Of a stretch of DNA of 64,000 nucleotides, positions 27,895-40,736 are shown one piece after another; within the stretch, counting starts at the first letter, position 1; every line of letters begins with the position of its first letter. The DNA is from Bilabrum cf. latius. Lineage: Eukaryota. The stretch is from contig OZ237743.1 of NCBI GenBank assembly GCA_965178125.1, positions 1,116,001 to 1,180,000 on the forward strand, written 5' to 3'. The notes beneath the pieces were generated by a model. The model was not told where the DNA came from. It saw nothing but the letters and a program-made list of their open reading frames with translations, and did not search any database. A program made the translations under genes and the position numbers.

Positions 27895-28306
27895 AGTTCA
27901 GCATCGTCGGGTGATATCGCCAGCAATATATCGTGCTTGTGGCTGTCTTTGCCGCCCTACATACCCTATAGGCCTACGATCGCTTGGCTACCATGTGTCT
28001 GGGGCCCTTCGCTCGCACGGCCAACTCTGAAGGGCACTTTAAGAGCGCCGCTGTTCTCCTTACTGAGCACATTCGTGCTATCTCTCGCACTACTTCCCTT
28101 TTGTCTCGGTCGCCGTGCGCGTCTATCCGGATCCTCTGCGAGCTTTCTTCGTCGTCGTCTCTGGCACAGTGCCTTGTCTGTTCGCAGCAATTCGTGTATA
28201 GAATAACCATATCTCAGTAAGCCAATACAACTGTCACTGAACTAGCTTTTCGAGCCGCCAATGACGAAAGTTGCGCTTGTGCTCGTGCAGAACCGAACGC
28301 AGGAAA

Positions 28307-31300
28307 ATGCTCGCTGGCTCCTACGCAGCCCTCTTTGCTGTGGCTGCAACACAGAGTTTAGTGCTATTCGCTAAAGATAGTGCATCAATTGGGAGTAACG
28401 CCTGGGGCACCTGGGAGACCACACCTGATGGCTTGCTCCCGGCTGTTCGGTATCTCGGGCCTTCGAATGAGAGCTAGAGCGGATCACTGCTTCACCAGTT
28501 CGGAAACGATCGCCTTGTAGCAGTCGCTGCGGCCAATGGTCTGATTTCGATTCGGCAGGACGAAGGCGGTCCCAAGCTATTGCATGGTCTCGACGAGCAA
28601 TCGCGCCAGTTTCGAGGGGGAGCAGGTTGGATAGCGGAGGATGGCAAGATCGCAGCATCATCACGATGCCCTTCAGCAGACACGGATGGAGGAAAATGCT
28701 CGAATCTTGACATTTGGTACGGAGTCGGACTTGCAAGCAAGGCCACTGCTACAGCTAGCATGCCTGCGACGGCGGGGGATCGCCGGCTATCTCACGCTGT
28801 TCAGGCACCGTTCGGGGATTTCCCATTCGTAGTCTCGGAAGTCAATGCGACGACATCGTCAGCATCGGCTACATACACGGAAATTTGGTCGACCTTGGCT
28901 GAGGAGCTTCTCCATGGAGGTCGGGACACATACGCCAGCAGGACCTGGAAACACAACGTGACGGCAAGTTGCTTGGCAATGGCGTAGGGTGCTTCCGCGG
29001 CGGCGAGGCAAAGCTCTTCCGCTGACAGCTCCAACAGCAGCCCATCAGATCACGTTGTGCTCGAACCCGCCCGACTGCGTGACCGCGGCGGTCCCCTGTG
29101 CCCCTCTGGCTCCCTGGGTCTGCTGCTCCTTGACACCATCTCCGCTGGGGGACCGGCCGCCGCGGATGGCGGTCAAGAGCACCTTGAAGCTAATGCATCC
29201 CGAAACGATCGATCGCAGCGAATGATGGGCACAGATGACGAGTGGCCGTCACACTTCCCCAAGTCAGCGACTCGTCATGACGAGAACCCACGGCCCATCT
29301 TCCTCGTGCTCTTCTCTCGCGATCGCAATGGCTCGGACTTTGCCGGCTGCAGCCTCAGTACCAACTCTACGTCAGTGTATCCAGACACTGCTCGCCCCGA
29401 TGAGCCGGCTGTGACCGCCCCGCTCGACAATGTGGTGACAGGCGAAGAAGAAGGCCACCCCCCGGTGCTCGCGATCCAGACCCCTCTGGGTCCGTTCTAG
29501 TCGGCGCATGCTCTCAGTGACGGGTCCAGCAGCCAGCTGTACCTCGCAAGCGGGTACTTGCCCCCAGGCGCGGGCAGCAAGCCTGCAGACGTGGCGGTTG
29601 CTCTCTAGGCAGTGTTCGCAGCACAGGCCTCTCCCGGCGGGCTGCGCGGCTGGCTCTCGTCCAGCTCTCGCAAGTTCGCTGGCACCGGCATCAGGTTTCA
29701 ACCTGACCCATCGGCGGAACCCGAGGCGGCGTAGTGGGCTGCAAGGGAGCAGACGTGGCAGGCAGGGTATACACGGGGTGCGATGTCTTATGATTCGTTC
29801 TGGCAAGGCTTCTTGATCAACCAAGCCGGCGTGTATCAGTACTACCATGGCTTCCAGGGCGCGATTCGTGACCCGCTCGCACACGTGGCCCCCCTTGTTT
29901 TCAACAGTCATTTCTATCCTGGATAGATCAACCGCTCATCACAGTACTCGGGGCAACGTGGCCAGTTTCCGGAAAGCGCGCTAGGGTAGGGATCTTCGAT
30001 CGAGATGGTGCGGTTCTCCGTGTAGCAAGCTGACGCGGCCTGGACGATGCCATACGGACTGCAAGCTTTCGGGTGGGTGTTCAAAGAAAATTACACGTCG
30101 CCTGCGGGGAAATCAATGCATCCAAGTGATCTGGAGATTTGGACGCTGGGGGCGGCCGCGCGGTACGTGCTGTCTACGCGAGATGCCGCGCCCATGATCC
30201 GAGCGGTTTCAAGGAACATTTCGATTCACGGTGAGCCCGGACCGGCCGGTGCCCCCGGGGTAGGGGCTCGTGTGGCCCTCCACGAGGCATTGTGGGCCCT
30301 GTATTAGCGGCTCGTGCAGATAATCGGCACTGGTCAGAACGGGCTTCTGCACATGCTGCACATGGGTGAGTCGCTGTAGTGTCTATACGTTGCGCCTAAC
30401 TTTTTAATGATAGACAATCGATGCCTTGTAATGTCCTTACATTCCTCTTTATCATCAGTAACCATTGTTGGCTCCCTTGCAGATCACAATGACGGCATCT
30501 GCAGGTCAACGGGTCTTTCGGAGGCCCAATGCACCGCTCTCGTAACGGAAGGCGAAACAGTGATGTCGACTGCAATGGCTGGGTACATGCTGCCCCAGTT
30601 TGCAGATGCCTTAAGGCTTACTGCCGAGACTCAGAACGGCCACAGTTGCAGTGACTAGCCCGAGCAGCTGCTGTGCACGAGGGCTGCGGCAGCAGATACG
30701 TACGCCGCGAGTCTAGTGCAGGCCATGAACAAGGTGGCCGTCAACACGGATCAGAGCCAAGTCCCATTGTACTACCGACGGGCGTGGATTAGCCCGACAT
30801 ACGGCTGGATCGGCTGCAGCGTCGGCTCGTGTCCTGCTGGTGTACGCAGCAATGACTCGGCTGTCTGGCTGGAGCCAAACGCCTGGGCACTGCTTGCAGG
30901 GGGGCCTGAGCACTATTCCGACGATGACAGTGTGAAGCGGCAATTCACTCAGAGCGTTCTAGATTCCATCGAGACGGGGCTGCGTGCCGACTCGCCGATC
31001 GGCACTCATTTCGCCAACCAGAGCTATGCCACGTGGCACGGAAACGGGCACTATGCCAACGTGTGGCCTTGTGGGATCATGCCGTACGTGGAGGCTCTCG
31101 GGGCCCGCGGCCTGTCTGATACAGCGTGGGACGAGGTTAAGAAGAATGCCTTCGCCACGCATGCCCAGGTGTACCCCAACATCATGGCCGGCACCTGGAC
31201 GGGATCCGATAGCTACATGCGTCCAGGGCAACCTACATCCGGTGAAGGTGGTGTCAGCGACTGGCAGCTTCACAACATATGGTCACATGCCGCGCCGCAG

Positions 31301-31753
31301 CTCCGATTGCCGTCGATTGTCGGTGCTGTATTCGGATCGGACTACCTGCAGGTGTCTGCCCGGCTTGAGAAGCAGAGCAATTGGGCATTTTCGAGCGCCC
31401 TCCTGAATGTGAGCAGGTCAACAGAGGCTTGCTCGGACACGTCAGTTGCACCCAGTCGGAGCGGCCCTGCTGTCGGCAGCGCCACTGCTATGCCTTCTGC
31501 CAGCGTCTCTGATCGTGTCTGCATTCGAGGCGAGTGGGCCCCTGTGACGCTGGGCGCTTGCCCGTCTGTGGTGGTTCTTCTTCGGGATGGAGAGCCCGCG
31601 CGCGTCTCGAGCTTTTCGATCAACGGAGTCGCCGCCAGGTGGGAGGCCCTGCCGGCATCTGGAGGTCTGCCGAACCGGATCAGGGCGGAGTGCGATGCCT
31701 GGGCAGCGGCTCCAGCGACCAGCGGGATGCAGTGGAGCGTGCAAGTTAATTGA
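28307..31753 (+). CDS. GH94-like (cellobiose-phosphorylase-related, six-hairpin) carbohydrate-active enzyme (~1109 aa) with probable signal peptide; intron 30366-30482; 10 in-frame TAG codons
   Basis: HQFGNDRLVAVA, RQDEGGPK, YQYYHGFQGAIRDPLAH, GQNGLLHMLHMDHNDG (cf. GH94 G-x-HGL...DWND catalytic region), GETVMS (cf. GESV), YYRRAW, WLEPNAWALLAG; ends TGA. Confidence 0.75.
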
Positions 31754-31890
31754 CTGCCTGGTGGCCCCGGTTGCGTCAAGCATTACGTATCGGTGGCATG
31801 GCAGTTGCGCGTTGTTCCAGAAAGTGTACTTGGCAGGCCATGTATATCCGCTGAACTTCCGAATCGGCCATGTCCCGTCCACGGGAGCAG

Positions 31891-34800
31891 TCACTCGCCC
31901 GCCGCCTTCCCACCCACCGGCATGCCCCCGAGCGCCAGGATCGTGATCCAGCGCCTCCACAGTCTCCTCCTCCCGCGCCTCCCCCGCTCCTCCCTGGGCC
32001 CCGCCTGCCTCACGCACCCCCGTGCGCGACGGCCCGCCCACCCCTTCTCGCGCCTCCACCGTTCCACGCGCCTTCTTTCTCTCCTGCCCTCCTCCCCGCG
32101 GTGCCTCCAGCCGCCCGGCACCTCGCGAAGGACGCCCACCCCCGGTCCCAGGTACTGCTCTGCCCAGGCGCCCGCCGCCGCCGCCGCCAGCTGGAAGCAC
32201 CTGTTGATGGCCACTTGTTCCCGCTCCAGACGGTCATACCTCTCTCCCACCTCCTGCCCCGCTGCCGCCCTCTCCCTCTGGACCCTCTCTTCCAGTGCCA
32301 ATTTCCAGGCCTAATCGTTGGACAGCTTGCCGCGATCGTCGTCGTCCTCCTCGGGCGGCTTGTACTTCTTGCCCTGCTCGAGCGCCCGCGCCTCTGCTTC
32401 CTCCCTCCTCCTCTTCGCGGCCTCTTTCTGCGCCTCCATGGCTCGTTTAGTGGCGGGGTCCAGGTGCTCCCAACGGTCTAGAAGCCACCGCAGCCGGTCC
32501 GCCGCCCGCAGCAGCTCCCCCCGCACGGCGGCGTTCTTGATGGCGTCCTCCCTCAGCCGGATCTCCGCGGCGTCCCTCTCTAGTTCCCTGGCTTGTTCCC
32601 TAGCCTGCACCCAGTGTTCCCTGAGCCGACGAGCCGCCCGCTCCCTCCGCGCCTGCAGCGCATACGCCTGTCTCCTGAGTGGGACGAGTGTGCCGGCCGG
32701 CAGGCAATCCAGCGAGGCAGCCCGCTTCACGATGACGGCACCCATTTCGGCGAGCCACGCCGCCTTTGCCCATCCTGCGGCGAGGCCCTGCTTCCACTCT
32801 TGCGTGTAGGTGGCGCGCTGCAGCCGCCCGCCCGCCGTGCCTGTGAAAGCCGCTGCCTCTCGCACCACGGCCCTCCGGACCACCACCCTGTCTTGTCTGC
32901 GACGGGGCCACGACTCGGCCCCACCTCTGGCGAGTCGGGCCCTCTCCCGCGCCTCTGCCGCTGGCTTGGGCCTGGGCTTGCCTTGGCTTCCTTGCTCTCC
33001 GCCCATGCGTTCTTCATCGGAGGACGACAGGTTTGATCCGATCTGCGTGCCAAGGAGCGAGCTCCCCTGGGTGCCCTTGGAGGCCTTGCTCCGCCTTGTT
33101 CCCTGGGCGTGGGTTCCACCCGGACCCCTGGAGTTGTCGCTGCTGCTGGTGCTATCATCCGAGTCGACAGACCCGTCCTCCAGCCCCAGCCGCTGCGCCT
33201 GCAGATCGCTCTTGCGCCGCAATGCCATGAACAACGACGGACGGCGCTGCATCCCAGGCCCAGCACTCCCACCGGTGTCCTCAACCACCGCTGCGTCGCC
33301 CAGATCCTCACCCTGGGCCTCACCACCTCCAGCGCCCCCCTTCACCATATCCTCCTCCTCGCTGTCCCCCTCGTACACCGATGCGTCCTCATCCAAATCC
33401 TCCCCGCCGTCACCGTCCAGCAATTTCACCAGACCCACGCCCTCCATCATGGCCCGCAAGAGCTGGGCGGCGCACAGGCGCGGGAGCACCCGCCCTGCGG
33501 TGCCTCCCTGAAGAGCCGCGCTCTTCATGGCCTCCACCATCCCAGCCGCGCCGCTTCCGCTTCCGCTGCTACCGCCACTGCCACCGCCTCCGCCGGAACT
33601 CTCTTTCGAGGAGGCCAGCGGCGCGCCTACCGCAACCGCCTCCTGCTCCTCAGCCAGGAGCTCCGCCTGTGCCCGCAACCCATCGTTGTCGTACTTGCCC
33701 CCAGTGACAGGGTTAGGCACGGGCACGAGTTCCGAGACCCTCCGGATCAGGCGCTTCAGCGGGGGCGGCACGGGCGGCGGCGTGAGTCTTCGCCGGCGCT
33801 CGATGGTGCGCGTGAACGCGCGGCCGTCGGCTGGGAGACCCAGGATCGGGTCCACGAGATCGCCGTCGGGGCCTGTTTCTTTCGCTGCCGCCGTCTTCTT
33901 CTTGTCGTCGACACCGGTCCCGCGCGGTTTCTTGCTTTCTGATTCCGAGTCGTCGGAGCTGCTGGTGGCTGTTCCCTCCGAGGAGGGGTTGCTGCTGACT
34001 AGGTCGCCTTCGTTGCTCGGCCTCCTCCGCCTCCGCCGAGAGCCACGCAGCAGCATGCGCTTCTTCGCGGCGATCTGCGCGGCCTCCCTGCGCCGCTGCC
34101 TTCGCGCCTTCCTCTGTTCGAACGCGTCCTTCTCCTCGTCCTCGCCCTCCTCGCTGGTAGACCCGCCGCTGCCCTTGCGCCCAGCGAGCGCGGCATCCCT
34201 GTCCACGACCAGCCGCTTCTCGGCGGTCCCGTCCTCCTCGTCGTCGCTGGAGTGCTCTTCGTCGCTGCTGAAGCTGTCAGTCCCGCGGGATTGGCCAGAG
34301 GACACGCTCTCGTCGTCTTCGTCTTTGACCACCTCGCTCTCCTCGGAGGAGTCACCGCCTGCCGGAGCACCAGCTCCAGCACCCGAGGATGTCTTGCCCC
34401 CGCCCGACGATGATGATTTGGCCTTGGAAGAGACAGCCGCGGATTCCACCAGCCCGACACCTCCGTCCCCAAGAGCATAGTCCCCATGCGCCCTGACAGC
34501 TTCCCAAGCGGCCTGCCTGCGGACGGCGGCGAGCTGCTTGAGCCGGCGAATCTTCGACTTGATTGCGGCGACCGACGCGCCGCCGGCAGCGAGCTCCTGG
34601 GCTCCACGCTACCGCTCTGCCAGCTGCTTCGCTTGCTTCTCCGCCTCGTCCAGTCGGCTCTCGATCGGCCTGTGGGGCGCGGCGTCGCAGTCGCTGTCTC
34701 CGGTACCCAGCGCCCCATACTTGGCCATGCTAGCGTCCCTCAGCTACACCCCCGGCCTCCACCCGATCGAGTGCCCGAGCTTCTTGGACGCCTGGCCCCC

Positions 34801-37800
34801 GTCCGCGGCAAGGAGCGTCTCCTTCAGGTCAGACGTGGCGGTGCGCCGGGCCTCCCGCACGGCCGCAGCCACTGCCATTTCATCCCTGGCTCTGACAGCG
34901 CGGGCCACGGGTCCCTCCATGAGGAGCGGCAGCAGCGCGCCCGGGTCGTTCTCAGACCACGCCGCCCACAGGGCCAGAGAGGGGTGCGCCGCGCTGGCTA
35001 CCGACCCTGGACGGAGACGGGCAGCGTCCAACAGAGCGGCCCGGAGGGCCTTGGCTGCCCCTGACTGCGACTGCCTGCGGTTCGCGCGGCCGCGGCGAGC
35101 AGGTGAAGGCGACCCCGGGCCTTCCTCGCCCCCGCTTCCCTCACCGTCATCGCCGTCTTCGCCGTCGGTCTCGCGGTCCGCATTCCCAAACGCGGCCTGC
35201 AGAGCACCCACGGTGAGGTGCTTGGCATCCAGCCCGCCCGGCAGCTTCAGGCCCTGTTCAACGGCTGCACTTCTCGCCCAGCCAAGCACGCGGTCTCGCT
35301 GAGCGCGTCCAAAGGCGCGCGCTGCGGCCAGCTGTTCGGAATCCAAGCCCGGCATGCTCTCATACTCTAGCACGTGCAGCTGTCCCGCCATGCCGCCCGC
35401 GGACGAGGCCACCAGCGAGCCCACCTTGGCCAGCTCTGCCAAAGCCTCCGCCAGCAACTCTCCACCGGTGGATCGGCGCGCGAGTCTGGGTCCCGGCCCT
35501 GGCCCTGCATGGCTCACCTTTAAGACCTGAGTCCGATTGCTGCCCTTCGTTGCCGAGGAGCGAAGCGGCGACGAATCTAACGCGCCCTTGCGCCTTTTAT
35601 TCGCGTAGCTCCCTTTGCTGCTGCTCGTGCTTCTACCCTTGCTTTTGTCGGCACCAGATGCCCGTGCTGCGGCCTGCCCAAGCCGAGGAGCGGGACCTGC
35701 GGCCCGCACTGTGGCCAAGTCGGGCCAGGCCCGCAGCTCCCGTCCGCTCCTCTGCCTGGCAACGGCGAGCGCAGCCCCGCGAAGCTTGGCTCGGCTGCTG
35801 CGCTCTACCTGGGCACCTCCAGCACCACCGTGCAGTGCGCCCGGACCCCGCCGCAGGACCGCTCCGCCCGCTTCGCGCAGGAACTGATGCGGTCTAGTCT
35901 CCCCAGCCCCGCCGCTTTGCCCACCCCCGACCAGAGCCCGGCCGGCCACCGCTTCAAAACCAGGATCGAACCAGCCAAAACCCTCTTTGCCCGACTGGAT
36001 GGAATCCTTGCACACGGAGCCGGCTACCTGGTAGCGCAGCCCATCCGCTACAACGGCACTGTATGCCACCGGCCCGCCGATCGCGGCCGCGGCCGCTGCT
36101 GCCGAGAGGATCTCGCTGCGGCTCTGCGCCACAGCGACCAGAGACTGTCTCCGGGACGGGCCCGGGCGGCTCCTTCTCCTCGCCCTTGTGCCCTGGCCCT
36201 GGCCCAGGCTCGGCCGGCTGGACCGGCCAGTGTATGCCCCGTCCCTCGTCTCCTAGCCGGCCTCCCGGCGGCCCATGGCATCCGTGCCGCCGCGCCGGGC
36301 CCCCATGATCCCCTCTGCTGTCTCTGTCCTCGCCAGCTGAGCCTCGAATGCGGATGCGTCCGAATCCGGCTGCCCTGCCCGTCGCGATGGAGGGACAGGG
36401 GCGCGTGCTGCTCTGGGGCCTGCAGGGGGTCGCAATCCGGGCCCCTGAGGGGGTACTGCTGCTTTGGAGGAGCTGCTCGCGCCCTAACGTGACGCGTCCC
36501 GACTGGCAGTCCCTTCAGACGTGGCTGTGCCATCATCTGTGCCCGCCTGGGTATTTGCCTACATGGCCGTGCCAGTCTACTGCTGCTGCTGTTGTTGTGC
36601 CCAGGCAGCCAGCGGTCCAGACGCTATGGGTCGCCTCGCGCCGCCGCCCGCCCCGATGGACGCCGTTGATCCGTGGGGTACTGTGCCTGTGGCAAGTTTG
36701 CCCATGGGCACTGGCGATGAGCCGCGGGTCATGCCGCCACCAGACTCCGACTGCAGTTGCGGTGCCGACGCTGCACTGCCATCAACATCACCGGCCCCAG
36801 ATGTCACGACAGGAGATTCAACCTCCTGAAGCGGCGAAGGGGATGCAGAAGCGGCTCCAGATGCCCGCCCCCTGCCCTGCGACCCACGGCCGCGGCTGCC
36901 ACGAGATGACGAGCGGCGGGTGGTGCCCAGTGCCGGTGGCCTGCCAGCAGCCCGACCGCCCCGCCGTTTGCCAATGCTCCTCGACCTTCGGCTCGACCTG
37001 GAGGCCTGCGAGCCCCTGGACCAGGGACGTCCCGTGCTCCTGCCACCCCCCCTGCTGGCACCCATGCGTTCCTCCTCCTCCTCCTCCTTTTGCTCCTCGA
37101 TGGCGGCCTGTATGTCTCGCTCGATGGATACGTCACCCGCGGCCAAGTACCCGCCCCCCCGCGGCAGCATCAGTCCAAAGGGCGGGTGCTCCGAGGTTCG
37201 TGTAAACGCCGCCCTCGCCATCTCGAGCCCCGAGCCGTCGTCGAAGGCCAGGGACCGGCCGATCCTCTGCGCCTCCCCCTGCCGCATGGAGGCCACGGGC
37301 ATGAGTCTCTGCAGCAGCTGCCTGCCAATCTCGTCCTCCACGGCCTCGATCGAGGCGATCCCACGGGCGACGCCCTCCTGACGGTAGCCCTCCACGGTCG
37401 TCCAGCGGCCCGACTCGGCCACGCGAACCTTCGTCTCGAGTTCGCTCCGGGGAGGACCCTGGGGTGGCACCAGCCCCCTGCCCCACCAACCGAGCACGCT
37501 GGACGAGGCCCGGGACCCGCCTCCTCCGAACCATCCCGTGCTGTAGGCGCGCGAAGACGCCATCGAGTGCGTCGCGGCGGCGCCTGCACCCAGGCCGCCG
37601 AGCCCCGTGGCCTCCACGCACGCGGTCTCGCTCGCCTTTTGCAACAGCTGCAGCGGGCCGCTCACTGCAGACGGCGCGTGCGAGCGCAGACCGGAAGTGG
37701 CCCACGGTAGACCACTCGTCACACCGTAGGCCTCCAGAGACCGCCGAAGCGTGCTGGCACAGGACCTGCAGACGTCTGGCGGCAGTCGCAGCGCGGCAGC

Positions 37801-40621
37801 AGCTGCGGCTCCCAGCGCGGCCCTGGGCTTGGCCAGCTCGGGGTCGTCGCCTGCCAGCGCGCCCAAGGCCGATTCCACGGCTGCCTTGGCTGCTGCAGCG
37901 GCGGCCTCGCATGGAGGCAGTTCCGCAGCGCGCGGCGCCTCCGGGGCCGTGGGCAGCTCATCGCCTCCAGAACCTCGAGCTGTGCCACCCTTGCCGGCGT
38001 CCGTGCCCCTGCGCGGGCTTGTTCCCTAGGGAACAACGGGAAGCCTCGCGGCGCTGGCCCAGTGCCTCACTGCGAGGAGAGCCGAGACCCTAGCCTCGTC
38101 CGCTGCCGACTCTGCGACGGAGCTCTGGGCATGCAAGTTGTGCCTGTGTCCCTGGCCCAGCCCGGCGACCGCAACTTGCTGGTGCTGCTGGTCTATCTTC
38201 GAGCTCTTGCTCCCATCACCACCCAGGCCGGGCGGTACGACGTACTGCCTCTGCGCAGAGGCGGGGTACAGCGCCCTTGCCAGAGCGGCCGCACGGGCGC
38301 TTCGCACGCCGGCCATGGCTGCCACCAGGCACCGCGCGGCCAGGGCAGCGAGCGAGTCGCCGGACACCGCGGCCAGGGCACACAGCTGCTGGGCCGTGGG
38401 TGGGAGCGGGCCGGATGGCGGCACTTGGGCGCTCGCTGCCTTCGGGTCTCTTGCCGCAGCATCTGTGGCTGTGCGAACGGCCTGCCTCCCAGCTAGCAGC
38501 GGTGCCAGCAGCAGTGGGTGCTGTGCCCCGGCGCGCAGAAGCGCTCTTGCAGACACGCGGAGGGACAGGCCCTTAGGCCCGAGCAGCGCGGTGGCGGCAG
38601 CCGCGGGGGCGGAGAGCGCAACGCTCCCATCGGGGTACGGCAGCACAAGAAGAGTCCCGACTGCCGCGACGCCGCCACCAGCTCCTCCCATGCTTGCCTA
38701 CATATTCCCCTCTTCCTCCTCGCCGTCCTTGCCCCCGCCGTGCCTGTTCCCGTCAAACGTAAATTGCCTCGACGCCCACCCGGAATCGAAATGGAACCCG
38801 CTCCCGTGACGCCGTTGCCGCTCCAAGTCTCTCAGTGCCTGCCGAATGGACTGCATGCCAAGCCCCGACGCAAGCAAAAAGGCTACTTCTTCCGACCGAT
38901 TGGCCGGCCAAGATGCACCGCTGTCGGCATCGCCGCCACTACTAGACTACTGGCGACTATCTCGTCCGCCCACACCGCCAGAGCCCCCGCTGCGCCCGTG
39001 TCCGTGCCTGCCACGCAGCGATGATGCGAGGGCCTCTCTAGATGCCTCGGCTGCCACCCTCAGGATCGCAGCGCCCATTCCCGGCAGGAGCAGCACGAGC
39101 GTCCCGTGCGCCAGGCCGAGAGCCGACCCCAGAATGCCCAGCAGTTCCCCAACAGTTACCCACCCCGCGTCCCTCGTCACCGTGTCCCGCTGCCCCATCG
39201 CGCCCCGCACCACAGAATCCTGAGATGCGCTCCCAAGCGCCCACACGGCTCCAATGAAGCCCGTCAGGTCTCCCCGCAGCCGCTCTGACCACCCCTCCCG
39301 CTCCACCTCCCCCGGTGCTCCGGTGGTCTCACTCGTCACACCTCCCGCGACCTGTGTGCCAGGCATCGTGGCCGATTGCACCGGGCGTCCGAGGGCAGGT
39401 CCCGCCGCCGCGGCCACCGACTTGGAGGCGTCGCCCCATCGCGGCGCCGACTGCTTGAGAGCCGCCCGCAGCGACGGGTCACCGACCCTCCCACCACCAC
39501 CGCTCGCACTCGTCACGCCGCCGGACGCGGACGATAGAGCCGACAGGGCGGACCCGGGCTCCACCACGGTCGTCGTCACACCCGCCGGTACCACTCGGCG
39601 GGAATTCCTCGACGCCACCGTGACACCCGCCCGATGCGCGGCGCCGTCGGTTCCGCTGCTGCCCCCCACGCTCCGCATGGAAGCGGCCCAGGCGCTCAGG
39701 CTCCCGCTCCGGGCCCTCGTCAGCTGTCTCGCGCGTTCCTCCCCAGCGCGCCGGCCCGCTTCTGCGGCGGCCATGGCCCCTGCCGCAGCGCCGCGCGCCA
39801 GGAGGTTCCGCTGCTCTGCACGTAGGGCCGTGATGGCTGCCTGTCCTGCTGGGCCCGGGACTGCACCAGCGGCCGACAGCAGCTGCTGTCGGGCGATCAG
39901 GTTCCGCGGGGGCAGCCCCAGCACCGCCATGACGTCGTCCACACGGACCGGGGTCCTCCCGGCGCCAGCGATTCCGGATGAAGGGCCCCACCGCCGGTGC
40001 CCGATGGCCTCGTCAGCTGCGTCCCCTCCTCCGGTGGAGCGTCCCGTCGCAGTGCCCTCCCTCTTGGCGGGGTCTCGCGCGGCGGCAGCTGCCCTTGCGG
40101 CTGGGGATATCGCGCCCGCTGTCCCCATGAGTGCGGCAGCGGCGCGGAGCCTTGTCGCAGATCGATTGGAGTCGCCGAGGGTTGCGCTGTCGAATGTCTG
40201 CGATCGCTTTCTCGCCGTTAGGTACAAACTCGCCAGGCCCAGAAAGGCGTGATCATCAACTGCGCAGTTTGAGCATGAAATTATTGCAGTGGCATGAGCC
40301 GTGCGCTTGCGCTAACTATGAGCGACCAGAACCAATACGACAGGGTCGCAATTGCAGCAGTCGCGCTCGAAGCCTCTCACATCCCAGCTGCCGCGACAGC
40401 CACAAAGCTGGTATGAGTTCCTCATCGGGAATGTCGCTCTGCCGAGGTAGCCGCCGAAAGAAGTGCAAGCCTCCCGCATGCAAGAATCGGCGCTACGCCT
40501 TCCGCCGCCTAAACTGAGCTTCAGTGGGAGGCTCGACTTGAAACCGGATGGGTATCGTCTCTTCTTCATCCCTATCAATTCCTGCAATCTCAGCCGCGGT
40601 GACACTATTTCCTGCCCCCAT
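31891..40621 (-). CDS. Giant (~2870 aa) low-complexity/coiled-coil protein with N-terminal myristoylation-like MGAGNS; 2 exons (40621-40381, 40259-31891); 11 in-frame TAG codons
   Basis: Seven track ORFs in one frame are separated only by TAG, with no TAA/TGA over 8.37 kb. A 121-nt GTGAGA...CAG intron joins exon 1 in phase. A poly-Q run QQQQQQ continues into TAG at 36579-36577. Confidence 0.8.
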
Positions 40622-40736
40622 TGGGAGACAAATTGCCTTCAGCGACGAACGGATCGGGCTTCGCTCGTCACATCACGTCGAGACGACTCCGAGTCGGAAC
40701 GCCGCGATTTGCACTTGAAAGCCCCCAGTTCAAGCC

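Noticed and set aside
27900-28260. Short ORFs between the duplicated fragment and the GH94-like gene
   Set aside because: No recognisable motif or clear gene structure.
11251-40252. Many long overlapping and antisense ORFs in the track (e.g. 13813-14826, 33527-34480, 39254-40252)
   Set aside because: Shadow ORFs of GC-rich coding sequence with no recognisable motifs. The opposite-strand TAG-joined frame explains the region.
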